Shown: positions 34,598 to 43,160 of the stretch, in pieces
How positions within the stretch are numbered: position 1 is the stretch's first letter
Layout of the letters: every line of letters starts with the position of its first letter
Assembly (NCBI GenBank): GCA_964520985.1
Contig: CAZFPB010000002.1
Coordinates: 150,115 to 214,114 of the forward strand
Reading direction: 5' to 3'
DNA from: an uncultured Pseudobdellovibrionaceae bacterium
GTDB lineage: Bacteria > Pseudomonadota > Alphaproteobacteria > Micavibrionales > Micavibrionaceae
Length of the DNA stretch: 64,000 bases
Program-made: the position numbers and the translations under genes
The notes under the pieces: generated by a model
Told to the model about the DNA's origin: nothing
The model's database searches: none
The model's input: only the letters and a program-made list of their open reading frames with translations

Positions 34598-34784
34598 TAA
34601 TTTAGGATCTGGGGATTGGATCAAGGTTATTGCAACTAAAAACGGCAAACAAACAATTCTGTTTGAAGGCCATCGTTTAATTGCAGGTGATCTACGTTGG
34701 ATCCTCACTTCAGTAATGAGTATGGGTCCAATTGAAACAGTAATGAATTTTCAAATGACTGACGAAGAAATCAATAACATATAA
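34575..34784 (+). CDS. possible small protein (start uncertain)
   Basis: ORF 34518-34784 overlaps the upstream gene; an internal ATG at 34575 reduces the overlap. Confidence 0.25.
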   Translation: MNVGIYHNNLGSGDWIKVIATKNGKQTILFEGHRLIAGDLRWILTSVMSMGPIETVMNFQMTDEEINNI

Positions 34785-34794
34785 GGAAAACAAA

Positions 34795-36312
34795 ATGGCA
34801 AATAAAAAACTCAACCCAAAAGGTAAAGATATTAAAGGTAATATCGTTGCGGTTGCTGCGAAACATGATCGCCAGTTGGCTCGTTCTGGTAATGGAAATC
34901 TTCAGTTTGTAAAAACTGCTCGTTCCGATTTGTATGCTATCATTACGTCTACGCTGTATGGACGTGATACGTATTATAATTCTGGTGACCAAATCGTCGC
35001 TCGACTGAAACAACAGATCGACGCTGTGGTTAATGAAGAAGATGGGCCAGACTTTATTGCAAACTTGATTATTCATGCTCGTACAGAAATGCACATTCGA
35101 ACGATTCCGATCGTTGCAACTGTGCATCTTGCAAAGTCATTGCGTGATCAAGGTAAGACGTTTGAATCAATGCGTCGTCTTGTATGTGATGTTATTACTC
35201 GTGCAGATCAGATTACTGATATGTATGCGTATTCGCTAACCGTATTCGGCGACAAGAAAAAAGTGCCAATGGCAATTAAGCGTGGTGTTGCTGACGCATT
35301 TAACAAATTTGATGAATATCAATTTGCTAAGTACAACCGCAGCAATGAATTGAAAATGCGTGACGTATTACGAATTGTTCACCCTGTTGCTGCAAACGTG
35401 GCACAAGGTGAGATTTTTAGTCGTATTATGTCTGATACGTTAGCTACTCCATATACGTGGGAAACTCAGTTGAGCGAAAATGGTCAGCGTGATCCCAAAG
35501 AACGTAAATCGCTTGACGAATTATGGACAGAGCTGTTCACGTCTGGAAAGATGGGTTATATGGCTCAGTTGCGTAATCTGCGTAACTTGGAACAGAATGT
35601 ATCTCATCAACCGACATTGAAAGCAGTTGCAAGTGTGATTGCAGATCCAGATCGTGTTGAAAAATCGAAACAATTGCCTTTTGATTTTACAGAGGCATAT
35701 AAAGCAGTAAGTAATTCGACCTTGAAGACTGCTGTTTCACGTGCGATCGATCACAGTGTTGGTAATATTCCAGCACTTGGTAAAAACGTATGGATCATCG
35801 TTGATGCGTCTGGATCGATGAGTGGATTTCCACGTGAAATGTCAACGATGTTCGCCGCCGCGATTTACAAGAATGCGACGTTCAATCCTGAAGTTGAGAA
35901 TCATGCGCTAACGGTTTTTGGATCGAAAGCACATATGGTTACTGATTTGGATTGCAACCAATCCATTTTTCATATTGCACAGAAGTTTCAGAAAAACTTG
36001 GGAGCAACAGATTTTGACGAAGCGTTACAATTAAAATCAAAACTTGGTTTTAATCCTGACACAGTAATTGTGTTCACGGACAATGAAATTGATGATATGC
36101 CATATGGCAATCTTGCTTATGCATTTGATGATAAATGTGTCAAAATTGCTGTTAACTTGGAAGCGTCGGTAACGACTCCTTTCATTCGTGAAAATGGATG
36201 GTACGAATTGGCAGGTTGGTCTACTAACATGTTTAAGTTCGTTCGAGCTATTCGTGACAAACGAACAGCAGTTGATGTTCTAAGTGTTCCATACGGAACA
36301 GTGCAATATTAA
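34795..36312 (+). CDS. rsr: Ro60/Rsr ortholog (TROVE domain + von Willebrand factor A domain)
   Basis: C-terminal vWA MIDAS motifs: WIIVDASGSMSG (DxSxS), LGATDFDEAL, VIVFTDNEIDD (FTDNE identical to human Ro60). N-terminal helical region with LYGRDTYY (compare GSEGGTYY) and LRIVHPVAA (compare RIHPFHIL). 505 aa. Confidence 0.75.
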   Translation: MANKKLNPKGKDIKGNIVAVAAKHDRQLARSGNGNLQFVKTARSDLYAIITSTLYGRDTYYNSGDQIVARLKQQIDAVVNEEDGPDFIANLIIHARTEMHIRTIPIVATVHLAKSLRDQGKTFESMRRLVCDVITRADQITDMYAYSLTVFGDKKKVPMAIKRGVADAFNKFDEYQFAKYNRSNELKMRDVLRIVHPVAANVAQGEIFSRIMSDTLATPYTWETQLSENGQRDPKERKSLDELWTELFTSGKMGYMAQLRNLRNLEQNVSHQPTLKAVASVIADPDRVEKSKQLPFDFTEAYKAVSNSTLKTAVSRAIDHSVGNIPALGKNVWIIVDASGSMSGFPREMSTMFAAAIYKNATFNPEVENHALTVFGSKAHMVTDLDCNQSIFHIAQKFQKNLGATDFDEALQLKSKLGFNPDTVIVFTDNEIDDMPYGNLAYAFDDKCVKIAVNLEASVTTPFIRENGWYELAGWSTNMFKFVRAIRDKRTAVDVLSVPYGTVQY

Positions 36313-36337
36313 AAAAGGGGCTTAAGCCCCTTTTTTA
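36311..36337 (+). terminator. rho-independent terminator (bidirectional: A-run / GGGGC-TTAA-GCCCC / T-run)
   Basis: AAAAAAGGGGCTTAAGCCCCTTTTTT sits between convergent genes. Confidence 0.75.
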
Positions 36338-36669
36338 TTGTCTATTGGTTTTGGTGCTGTTACGTCATGAATCCAAATTGCCCATTTATATAATCGCACA
36401 TAAGCAAGCAATTGCATAATTGGATGTGCAATCAAGTTGTGGATAGACCATACGTGTTTCCGCCACATTAATCGTTTGCCTTCTAGGGCTGATGGTTTAA
36501 TAGCCCACAGCAATTCAATGGCAAAGAAACCTGATACTGTGTCAACTCCATGTGTGTGATAAACAGTAAGTTGCAGGTGTTCAATATTTGTGTCATCAAC
36601 ATACTGAATGGTTGATTTTTCTACAACACCATTATCTGTTTTGAAAAATTGGTTCATAATGTAATCCAA
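36322..36669 (-). CDS. hypothetical protein
   Basis: 115 aa on the - strand, abutting the family A tandem array. Confidence 0.4.
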   Translation of the reverse strand: MDYIMNQFFKTDNGVVEKSTIQYVDDTNIEHLQLTVYHTHGVDTVSGFFAIELLWAIKPSALEGKRLMWRKHVWSIHNLIAHPIMQLLAYVRLYKWAIWIHDVTAPKPIDNKKGA

Positions 36670-37322
36670 TTGTCGTTGTAGCCAGCATCAATCATTTCTT
36701 CTTGGCACAAGAGAATATCTTTTGTACTGGAATGCTGATTTAGTATTCGTGAAACTTCTTCGCATGTTACAGTATCAAGTTCAATCCAAAATTCATGGTA
36801 TCCATCAACCAATAACCAATACAAAAGACCTGGAATTAGAGTATTAGACATAACACCGATCGTAGATGGATTATCTACTGACAACATAATAGCAGGTTTG
36901 CCATAATGCTTTCCATATGCACTACCAACATACTTAATATAATGATGGATGTTTTTATAGGTAACAATCGGATTTTGTTTACAATTAAATGAACCACCAA
37001 CAAAACTTGGAGCTCCATATAACGATTTTATTTTGTTGCGACTACAGTCAAATGATCCTTTCACTGATTTAGGAGCGCCTATCAGAGTAACCAATTCACA
37101 CTCATCGCAATAAAAGTTACCATTAACAGTATCAAATGTGATGGGTATTTTGCCGCCTTCTATTGACTCTTTACTTAATACGACATCACAATCTGTTGAA
37201 ACTGAATAATCGTCATTAATTGTATATGCAGAAACGTTCCACCAAGTCAAATAAAGTTGGATCATTTTAAGTTTTTGTTGATGAAGATATTCATCACGTG
37301 CTGTTCTTAGAGCGTAGCCCAT
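36654..37322 (-). CDS. paralogous repeat-family protein (family A)
   Basis: C-terminal LLCQEEMIDAGYNDNWITL; internal GNFYCDECELVTLIGAPKSVKGSFDCSRNKIKSLYGAP repeats. Confidence 0.6.
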   Translation of the reverse strand: MGYALRTARDEYLHQQKLKMIQLYLTWWNVSAYTINDDYSVSTDCDVVLSKESIEGGKIPITFDTVNGNFYCDECELVTLIGAPKSVKGSFDCSRNKIKSLYGAPSFVGGSFNCKQNPIVTYKNIHHYIKYVGSAYGKHYGKPAIMLSVDNPSTIGVMSNTLIPGLLYWLLVDGYHEFWIELDTVTCEEVSRILNQHSSTKDILLCQEEMIDAGYNDNWITL

Positions 37323-37987
37323 TGATGTAATCCGCGATCCATTAATTGTTCTTGAGCACTTAGAATATCATTAGTCAGAGCATTTTGCGTAAGAATATCA
37401 GACATAACAGAGTATTCATTATTCTTAACTAAGATACACCGAAACGTATGAAGTCCCTTTATTAGGGTCCAATACAACAATCCATCGATTGGAATTAATG
37501 ACGATTCACTGACCATTTGATCAATGAATGCGTTTGTGGTTAAAGGAATGTAGATAGGAGTCAGTTTAGAATTGATAGACCCTCCTATTTGGTCACACAT
37601 TTTATGAATATTTTTATATGTAACGATTGGGTTGTCTGTACAACTAAAAGCCCCAACTATCTTTTTAGGCATATGTTCTAACGTCGTCAGATCGTTAGTG
37701 TTACAGTCAAAATATCCATTGACATATTCTGGACCATTTATTAATGATTTAAGTCCTGTATGTGTGCAATCAAAGTTACCATCTATGTGTCTAATCTTAA
37801 ACGGAAAATATTTGAAATGTCCAAGAGTTTTACAAGATTGATGTATATCTACGATGTATTGATATGTGTTTACATTAGTGTGTATTTCGTATTGTGAGAC
37901 GTTCCACCTATTCAAAAAGTATTCTATTTCAGATTTTTGAATATTCTCAGGCGTAACACTATCACCATCTGGAAATTTAAAGTTCAT
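37307..37987 (-). CDS. paralogous repeat-family protein (family A)
   Basis: C-terminal ILSAQEQLMDRGLHQWATL. Confidence 0.6.
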   Translation of the reverse strand: MNFKFPDGDSVTPENIQKSEIEYFLNRWNVSQYEIHTNVNTYQYIVDIHQSCKTLGHFKYFPFKIRHIDGNFDCTHTGLKSLINGPEYVNGYFDCNTNDLTTLEHMPKKIVGAFSCTDNPIVTYKNIHKMCDQIGGSINSKLTPIYIPLTTNAFIDQMVSESSLIPIDGLLYWTLIKGLHTFRCILVKNNEYSVMSDILTQNALTNDILSAQEQLMDRGLHQWATL

Positions 37988-38640
37988 AACTTTGCCCAGT
38001 CACTATATCCAGCGTCAATTAATGCTTCCTGACACCCAAGAAGATCTTGTGATTTTAAGTATTTGTTGAAAATTTGATATATGGGTCCTATATTATCGGT
38101 CAGCGCGGGTAAGTTAATATAATTCATTCCAGGAATTAACATCCAATATAGTATTCCTTTAGCTGGTCCTTCTTCAATAATTACGGAACTACAAAACTTT
38201 AATGATTTTATAATATGTTTGTGTGTTGTAATGCGATTGCCACCAATCATACATGTACTTTCTACATGTTCTGGAAAGTATTTCCAATCTGTTATATGGT
38301 TATTTGCACACATAAAATTATTATTAATAGAACGTGGAGCATATTGTAACGATTTTAACTCATTGTAATTGCAATTAAACGTTCCTTCCACGTGAGTTGG
38401 TGATCCTTTGAGTGATGTTAATTTATTACTCGCAATGTTAAACTCACCATGAACTACACCAAATTGAATCGGAAGGTATGTTAAACCGTTATCCAAAAGA
38501 TTTACTGAGTCGTCAACATCTACAGTAAAATCATCATTGACAGTATACTTTTCAATACCATATCTTCTTAACCAAGATCGTATTTTTTGTTTATCGACGT
38601 ACATGTTATCAGTTTTAGTATATTTGGTCATGGTTGTCAC
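37984..38640 (-). CDS. paralogous repeat-family protein (family A)
   Basis: C-terminal LLGCQEALIDAGYSDWAKL. Confidence 0.6.
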   Translation of the reverse strand: MTTMTKYTKTDNMYVDKQKIRSWLRRYGIEKYTVNDDFTVDVDDSVNLLDNGLTYLPIQFGVVHGEFNIASNKLTSLKGSPTHVEGTFNCNYNELKSLQYAPRSINNNFMCANNHITDWKYFPEHVESTCMIGGNRITTHKHIIKSLKFCSSVIIEEGPAKGILYWMLIPGMNYINLPALTDNIGPIYQIFNKYLKSQDLLGCQEALIDAGYSDWAKL

Positions 38641-39227
38641 ATCATTGCAAAATTAGCATACCCAGCATCAATCAATGCTTCTTGACATTTGAGAATGTCA
38701 CCGTCGAGTTGAGCATAGTGGTTTATGATATCTGATACATGTATCGCTTCATTATCGTCGAATATATCACTACTCAAGTGTATTTTACAGGTTTTATATC
38801 TTAACCAATTTAAAATTCCTGGGACTGGATAAATTGGTATTGCAATTACAGCGTTTAAATGACTTGAACCGACTGAAGTAATATGTTGTCGAAGGTCACA
38901 AAAACTACTAATTTTATTATCAGAACAATCAAAGTGTAAATGTATCCATTTGGGCGCCCCTTGTAAAGAAACCAGTTGGTTTCTACCGCAGAAAAATGAT
39001 CCATATACAACATCCGGACTATTAGTCAACGACGTCAACTGATTATGGGCGCAATCAAAATCTCCATTAATGAAACCGAATTTAAATGGAAGAACACGTT
39101 GTTTAACCCGAAACGAGATATCAACATTCTGAGACACATCAACTACAAGGTTATCATGAATCTTGTAGTTGACGATGTTCCATTCATCTAATTGATGTTC
39201 AATTTGAGTTTTGGTAAAGGTTGTCAC
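38637..39227 (-). CDS. paralogous repeat-family protein (family A)
   Basis: C-terminal ILKCQEALIDAGYANFAMM. Confidence 0.6.
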   Translation of the reverse strand: MTTFTKTQIEHQLDEWNIVNYKIHDNLVVDVSQNVDISFRVKQRVLPFKFGFINGDFDCAHNQLTSLTNSPDVVYGSFFCGRNQLVSLQGAPKWIHLHFDCSDNKISSFCDLRQHITSVGSSHLNAVIAIPIYPVPGILNWLRYKTCKIHLSSDIFDDNEAIHVSDIINHYAQLDGDILKCQEALIDAGYANFAMM

Positions 39228-39230
39228 GAT

Positions 39231-40493
39231 TTACCCAATACGTTGTAGATCAACTCGTCCACCCGTTTTCTGTGACAAATCGAAATAATATTCAATAAAT
39301 CCAATCACTCGTTCAGGATCAATGTTACGATTAAACACAATGTTAGGACCATGATTTTCAAGATATACAGCTTTAATTCCTGGCCATACTTCTTCAAGAC
39401 CTGTACTGGTATTAAGCCCACATTCATGACTACCACATTCAAAATTGCGTTGGGCACGAGTTGGGAAGTTAATAACACCAGCCCGAAGCGGACAGTGGAA
39501 ATGAACAATACAATCAACGTCTTGATGTTGTTCGAAAATAATTCGTTGTGATTGACCGCCCACAGATGGTTTAGCACCAATAGCTACCACGTTATCACTA
39601 TCGTATGCAGTAACGTGAACTAATCCGATACTATTGAGATTATTAAAGTTGGTTTTACGTTTTGACGTCAGAAATGTTTTGTTATCAACCTTGACGGCAA
39701 AGTGTCCTGCAGTAACACCGTTAAATGTTTTATATGCGTCATTGACGATGCAATAATTAACTACCTCACGAAGAGAATTTGGAATCATTTCTGATTTCCA
39801 ATCAATAGAATCGCCAGGAATAACAGTTGAACGAGTGTACGTTAACTCGCAGCGTTTCATGGTCATCTCAACCAAATGATTCAGAACATACGCTCTATCT
39901 GTAGAAACATGATAACGAGCTTCTTCTGGGACAACAATCATGTTAAGCCCAGTTTTAGTATCATTAGCCAATACTAAATTACAGCTATTTTGTTTTAACA
40001 AATTGAGACCAGCGATGTATTGTTCGTCTTCAGTTGCACCACACGTCGTTTTAAATGCAACTAAGAAGATATCTTTACGATGTCGTCGAATTCGTCCAAT
40101 CAATTTATCAGCAACAGTCAAATCAATAGAATATGGACCGTTGCGAGATAGCAGGCGATCAGATATTTTTCCAGATGGAACATCACCAACCTGCCCATCA
40201 AAATCGCACAGTGCTGCATTAAAAATTACAACTTTAGTGTTAAGGTCATTAACTACATTATCAACCCATTGGCTAACGTCTTGGTTTGTAATAATGGGAG
40301 AAACCGAATCAGCCATTTTGGTAAGAGTGGTATTAATGCGGTAACTATGCAATGTGTCATGTTTAAACAAATAATTGAGGAATGCTTTATCGAGATGGAT
40401 TGCAGTGGATCCAAATGCAGGCGCTGCTAATGCTAGATGATTACGAACGTAACTGAATGTACCACCACCAATGATTTGAATTGTCCGAAACAT
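39231..40493 (-). CDS. two-domain protein: CoaB/DFP-like Rossmann domain fused to a class-II-aldolase/adducin-like domain (putative)
   Basis: N-terminal IIGGGTFSYVRNHLALAAPAFGSTA resembles the PPC-synthetase (CoaB) P-loop region. C-terminal NGVTAGHFAVKVD ... CIVHFHCP resembles a class II aldolase metal-binding His cluster. 420 aa. Confidence 0.35.
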   Translation of the reverse strand: MFRTIQIIGGGTFSYVRNHLALAAPAFGSTAIHLDKAFLNYLFKHDTLHSYRINTTLTKMADSVSPIITNQDVSQWVDNVVNDLNTKVVIFNAALCDFDGQVGDVPSGKISDRLLSRNGPYSIDLTVADKLIGRIRRHRKDIFLVAFKTTCGATEDEQYIAGLNLLKQNSCNLVLANDTKTGLNMIVVPEEARYHVSTDRAYVLNHLVEMTMKRCELTYTRSTVIPGDSIDWKSEMIPNSLREVVNYCIVNDAYKTFNGVTAGHFAVKVDNKTFLTSKRKTNFNNLNSIGLVHVTAYDSDNVVAIGAKPSVGGQSQRIIFEQHQDVDCIVHFHCPLRAGVINFPTRAQRNFECGSHECGLNTSTGLEEVWPGIKAVYLENHGPNIVFNRNIDPERVIGFIEYYFDLSQKTGGRVDLQRIG

Positions 40494-40570
40494 TTTGTTT
40501 TACCCTCAAACAGGAAAATTGAATTGAAAATATGTTAGTAGAACATAGTGAATATTTCAACAAAAATAAT

Positions 40571-40597
40571 GTTGACAAAATGATTCGATGTGTATAA
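40571..40597 (+). promoter_or_regulatory. sigma70-like promoter (TTGACA ... TATAAT)
   Basis: TTGACA at 40571-76 and a perfect TATAAT at 40592-97; the 15-nt spacer is short. Confidence 0.4.
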
Positions 40598-40657
40598 TGT
40601 GCAGCCTGTTGATGAGATCAACATCAAAAAATAATAACAATATTCAGGAGAAGAGAA

Positions 40658-40852
40658 ATGACTAAGAATAAAAATTATGTAGGGAAAGAAGTTGTAATTG
40701 ATGCAGGCACCAAAGTACGCACTCAAGGCATTGTTGAAAAACAACAAATGCGCACTGTTGTTCGCGTTCGTTCGCAAGAGCCAACCCGTAGCGGCAAAGT
40801 TCGCATCAGCTGGAAACGTAACGGCTACGCTGCAAGCACCATTATCGGCTAA
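40658..40852 (+). CDS. hypothetical small basic protein (64 aa) with own promoter, strong RBS and terminator
   Basis: RBS CAGGAGAAGAGAAATG; the only + strand gene in a - strand block. Confidence 0.5.
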   Translation: MTKNKNYVGKEVVIDAGTKVRTQGIVEKQQMRTVVRVRSQEPTRSGKVRISWKRNGYAASTIIG

Positions 40853-40878
40853 GAAATAAGCCTATTAGGCCGAAAGTG

Positions 40879-40912
40879 ATAGAGAAGGTCAAGCCTTCTC
40901 TATCTTTTGTTG
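40879..40912 (+). terminator. rho-independent terminator (probably bidirectional)
   Basis: ATAGAGAAGG-TCAAG-CCTTCTCTAT followed by CTTTTGTTGTT. Confidence 0.65.
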
Positions 40913-41524
40913 TTCACTCCAGGTATAGATGTAATCCCCAGCAAAATCTCGTACCAGTAAAAATGACTGTTGTTCTATGTCAAACAATTTAACTTCTGCA
41001 ATATAATCATCTAAGTATTTGTCAAAAACCATTTCTCCATCAATTCTACGTTGACCATTCATTATCGCGTAATGTGCAACTGCATTCATTTCTAACAATT
41101 GATTCGGACCTTGACCTTGCAAGTTGGCCAAGACGGCAATCTGTTCTAATGGAATGTTGGTCAGTGCTGCAAATACTTGACTACCGAGATATCGAATTGA
41201 CTGTTGCATGTATCCTGGCAGATTGCTAATCAAATGCCACTGAGGATTAACGTTGCCACCAGCTAACGGTAATGTCGTTATTACTGCGGGCAACGTTGTG
41301 TGTTGTGGCTGAGTAGGTATGAATCCTTGACCTGCGTAAGCAGGTATTTTTTGATTAAGTTGGTTGAGCAATCTTGTTGCGTGATGTGGTAATTTAATAT
41401 TGGCTACAGATTGGGAGGTCTGTAGTTGATTGACCAGCTGACCAAACGGAATTGAAAAATATTGTGTGCTATCTTGATAAAAATCAATTCGACTGTTGCT
41501 TGGTTTATTTTTTGTTGGTATCAT
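40889..41524 (-). CDS. hypothetical protein
   Basis: 211 aa, - strand. Confidence 0.45.
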   Translation of the reverse strand: MIPTKNKPSNSRIDFYQDSTQYFSIPFGQLVNQLQTSQSVANIKLPHHATRLLNQLNQKIPAYAGQGFIPTQPQHTTLPAVITTLPLAGGNVNPQWHLISNLPGYMQQSIRYLGSQVFAALTNIPLEQIAVLANLQGQGPNQLLEMNAVAHYAIMNGQRRIDGEMVFDKYLDDYIAEVKLFDIEQQSFLLVRDFAGDYIYTWSEQQKIEKA

Positions 41525-41574
41525 GATGTCTATTATATTTGATTAGTTGTGTATTTACTTGACGGAGTTGTGGT

Positions 41575-42396
41575 ATGCCCAAGACGTTTCTGATGTGTGA
41601 GCCCGAATTCTTTGGTGTGGAATACGTAATTAATCCGCACATGAGTGGTAATGTCGGAACTGTGAATCGCCATCTGGCATTTAGCCAATGGGAAAATCTG
41701 GTTGCTGTAATTCAGGATTATGCTGACGTATGTCAAATTGCTCCTGAACCTGACCTTCCCGACATGGTATTCACTGCAAACGCAGGGCTGGTTGATCGGT
41801 ATGAAGGCCGGTTTATTCCAAGTTCATTCAAGTTTGCTCAACGTCAACGTGAATCAAAAATGTTTGAGCAGTGGTTCGCCGATCGTGGTTGGGAAATTCT
41901 TAATCTTTCAAATGAAAGCACGTTGTTTGAAGGGGCTGGCGACTGTTTAGTTGATGCACGTGGTCAATATTGGATGGGACATGGTCATCGTTCTAATGAA
42001 CAAGCTGCAGATGATATCAAAAGCCTATTCGAACTTGAAGGAGAGGTCATTACTCTTAAACTGACCAATCCAAATTATTATCATCTTGATATCGTGTTCT
42101 GTCCGTTGGATACTGGCGCGATTCTGTGGCATAGTGATGCTTTTGATGCGCTTTCTCGACAAACTGTAGAGTTCTATGCACTGATTCATGATATTGAGCT
42201 AATTGATATTTCTGAAGACGATGCCAAACGATTTGCTTGTAATTCAGTATCAATTGGTAATAATCTGATTATGCCTTACTGCAGTATTGATCTTGAAAAG
42301 AAGTTGTCGAAAATTGACGTTAAGCCTATTGTGGTTAACGTTAGTGAGTTTATCAAGGCTGGTGGTGCCGTTAAGTGTTTGACACTACAATTCTAA
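41575..42396 (+). CDS. amidinotransferase-superfamily enzyme (DDAH / arginine-deiminase-like)
   Basis: HLDIVFCPL and C-terminal KAGGAVKCLTLQF (GGG-x-x-C catalytic Cys motif) are typical of dimethylarginine dimethylaminohydrolase / amidinotransferase folds. 273 aa. Confidence 0.55.
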   Translation: MPKTFLMCEPEFFGVEYVINPHMSGNVGTVNRHLAFSQWENLVAVIQDYADVCQIAPEPDLPDMVFTANAGLVDRYEGRFIPSSFKFAQRQRESKMFEQWFADRGWEILNLSNESTLFEGAGDCLVDARGQYWMGHGHRSNEQAADDIKSLFELEGEVITLKLTNPNYYHLDIVFCPLDTGAILWHSDAFDALSRQTVEFYALIHDIELIDISEDDAKRFACNSVSIGNNLIMPYCSIDLEKKLSKIDVKPIVVNVSEFIKAGGAVKCLTLQF

Positions 42397-42408
42397 AATA
42401 GATAGGTT

Positions 42409-42480
42409 GACTGATTAGTATAATGGCATTACACAGGTCTCTAAAGCCGTGAGACGAGGGTTCGAATCCCTCATCAGTCA
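42409..42480 (+). tRNA. tRNA-like, atypical (9-nt anticodon-type loop), identity unresolved
   Basis: Acceptor GACTGAT/ATCAGTC, D GTA-TAATGGCAT-TAC, T GAGGG-TTCGAAT-CCCTC. The only helix available for the anticodon arm is GTCTC/GAGAC around TAAAGCCGT. Confidence 0.35.
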
Positions 42481-42634
42481 CAGTTATAAATAAAACATAA
42501 CTACCCAAAGGAGAAACAAAAATGAAAGTAACATCTTGCTAGATTTTTAATACACGTGCTCCACCCCATAATTATAAAAATATAGGTCAATACAATAAAC
42601 TTAACGATTTTTATATTTTATTAGGAGCAGTACA

Positions 42635-43081
42635 ATGAACCGTTTTAAATCCAAATCTGAATACCTGAACTTTCGCCAAGCGTGGCGTGAATCTTTTAAC
42701 AAAATCAAAACAGGTGATAGTCGTAAATTCACTTGTACTGATATGATATTGTTTAACCTGATGCGTGGCAGTTGTATATCAACAGGTTTTGCTAAAATTA
42801 CGAATTCAAATAAGTTGATGAATGGTCATGCACCATATTTGTCGCTCAGTCAAGCACATTACTGCCTGAAAGGCGTTTGTCTTACAGCAAAATTGTATCT
42901 CGACAAATCTGATAAAGAAGATCGTTGGCGTGAACGTCGTAAAGCACAATTGGATGCTTTTCTGCAACCGTATCATGGCACAATTACGATTGAAATGCTT
43001 GCTGAGTTGCATAATGAGCTGCTTAGCAATGTTCCAAACGTATATCGCGGTGTAGAACCTCAAGTTCAACAAGCCGCATAA
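42635..43081 (+). CDS. hypothetical protein
   Basis: 148 aa. Confidence 0.4.
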   Translation: MNRFKSKSEYLNFRQAWRESFNKIKTGDSRKFTCTDMILFNLMRGSCISTGFAKITNSNKLMNGHAPYLSLSQAHYCLKGVCLTAKLYLDKSDKEDRWRERRKAQLDAFLQPYHGTITIEMLAELHNELLSNVPNVYRGVEPQVQQAA

Positions 43082-43160
43082 CCATCAGTTGATCTAGACA
43101 AGAATGCACAGTATCATTTTTTGATATTGTGCATTTTTTATAACAACAATGGAGTAGTTA

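Noticed and set aside
39305-40344. Internal ORFs 39305-39580 (-), 39351-39551 (+), 39940-40344 (+) within 39231-40493
   Set aside because: Nested in a longer - strand gene with recognisable motifs; no independent signals.
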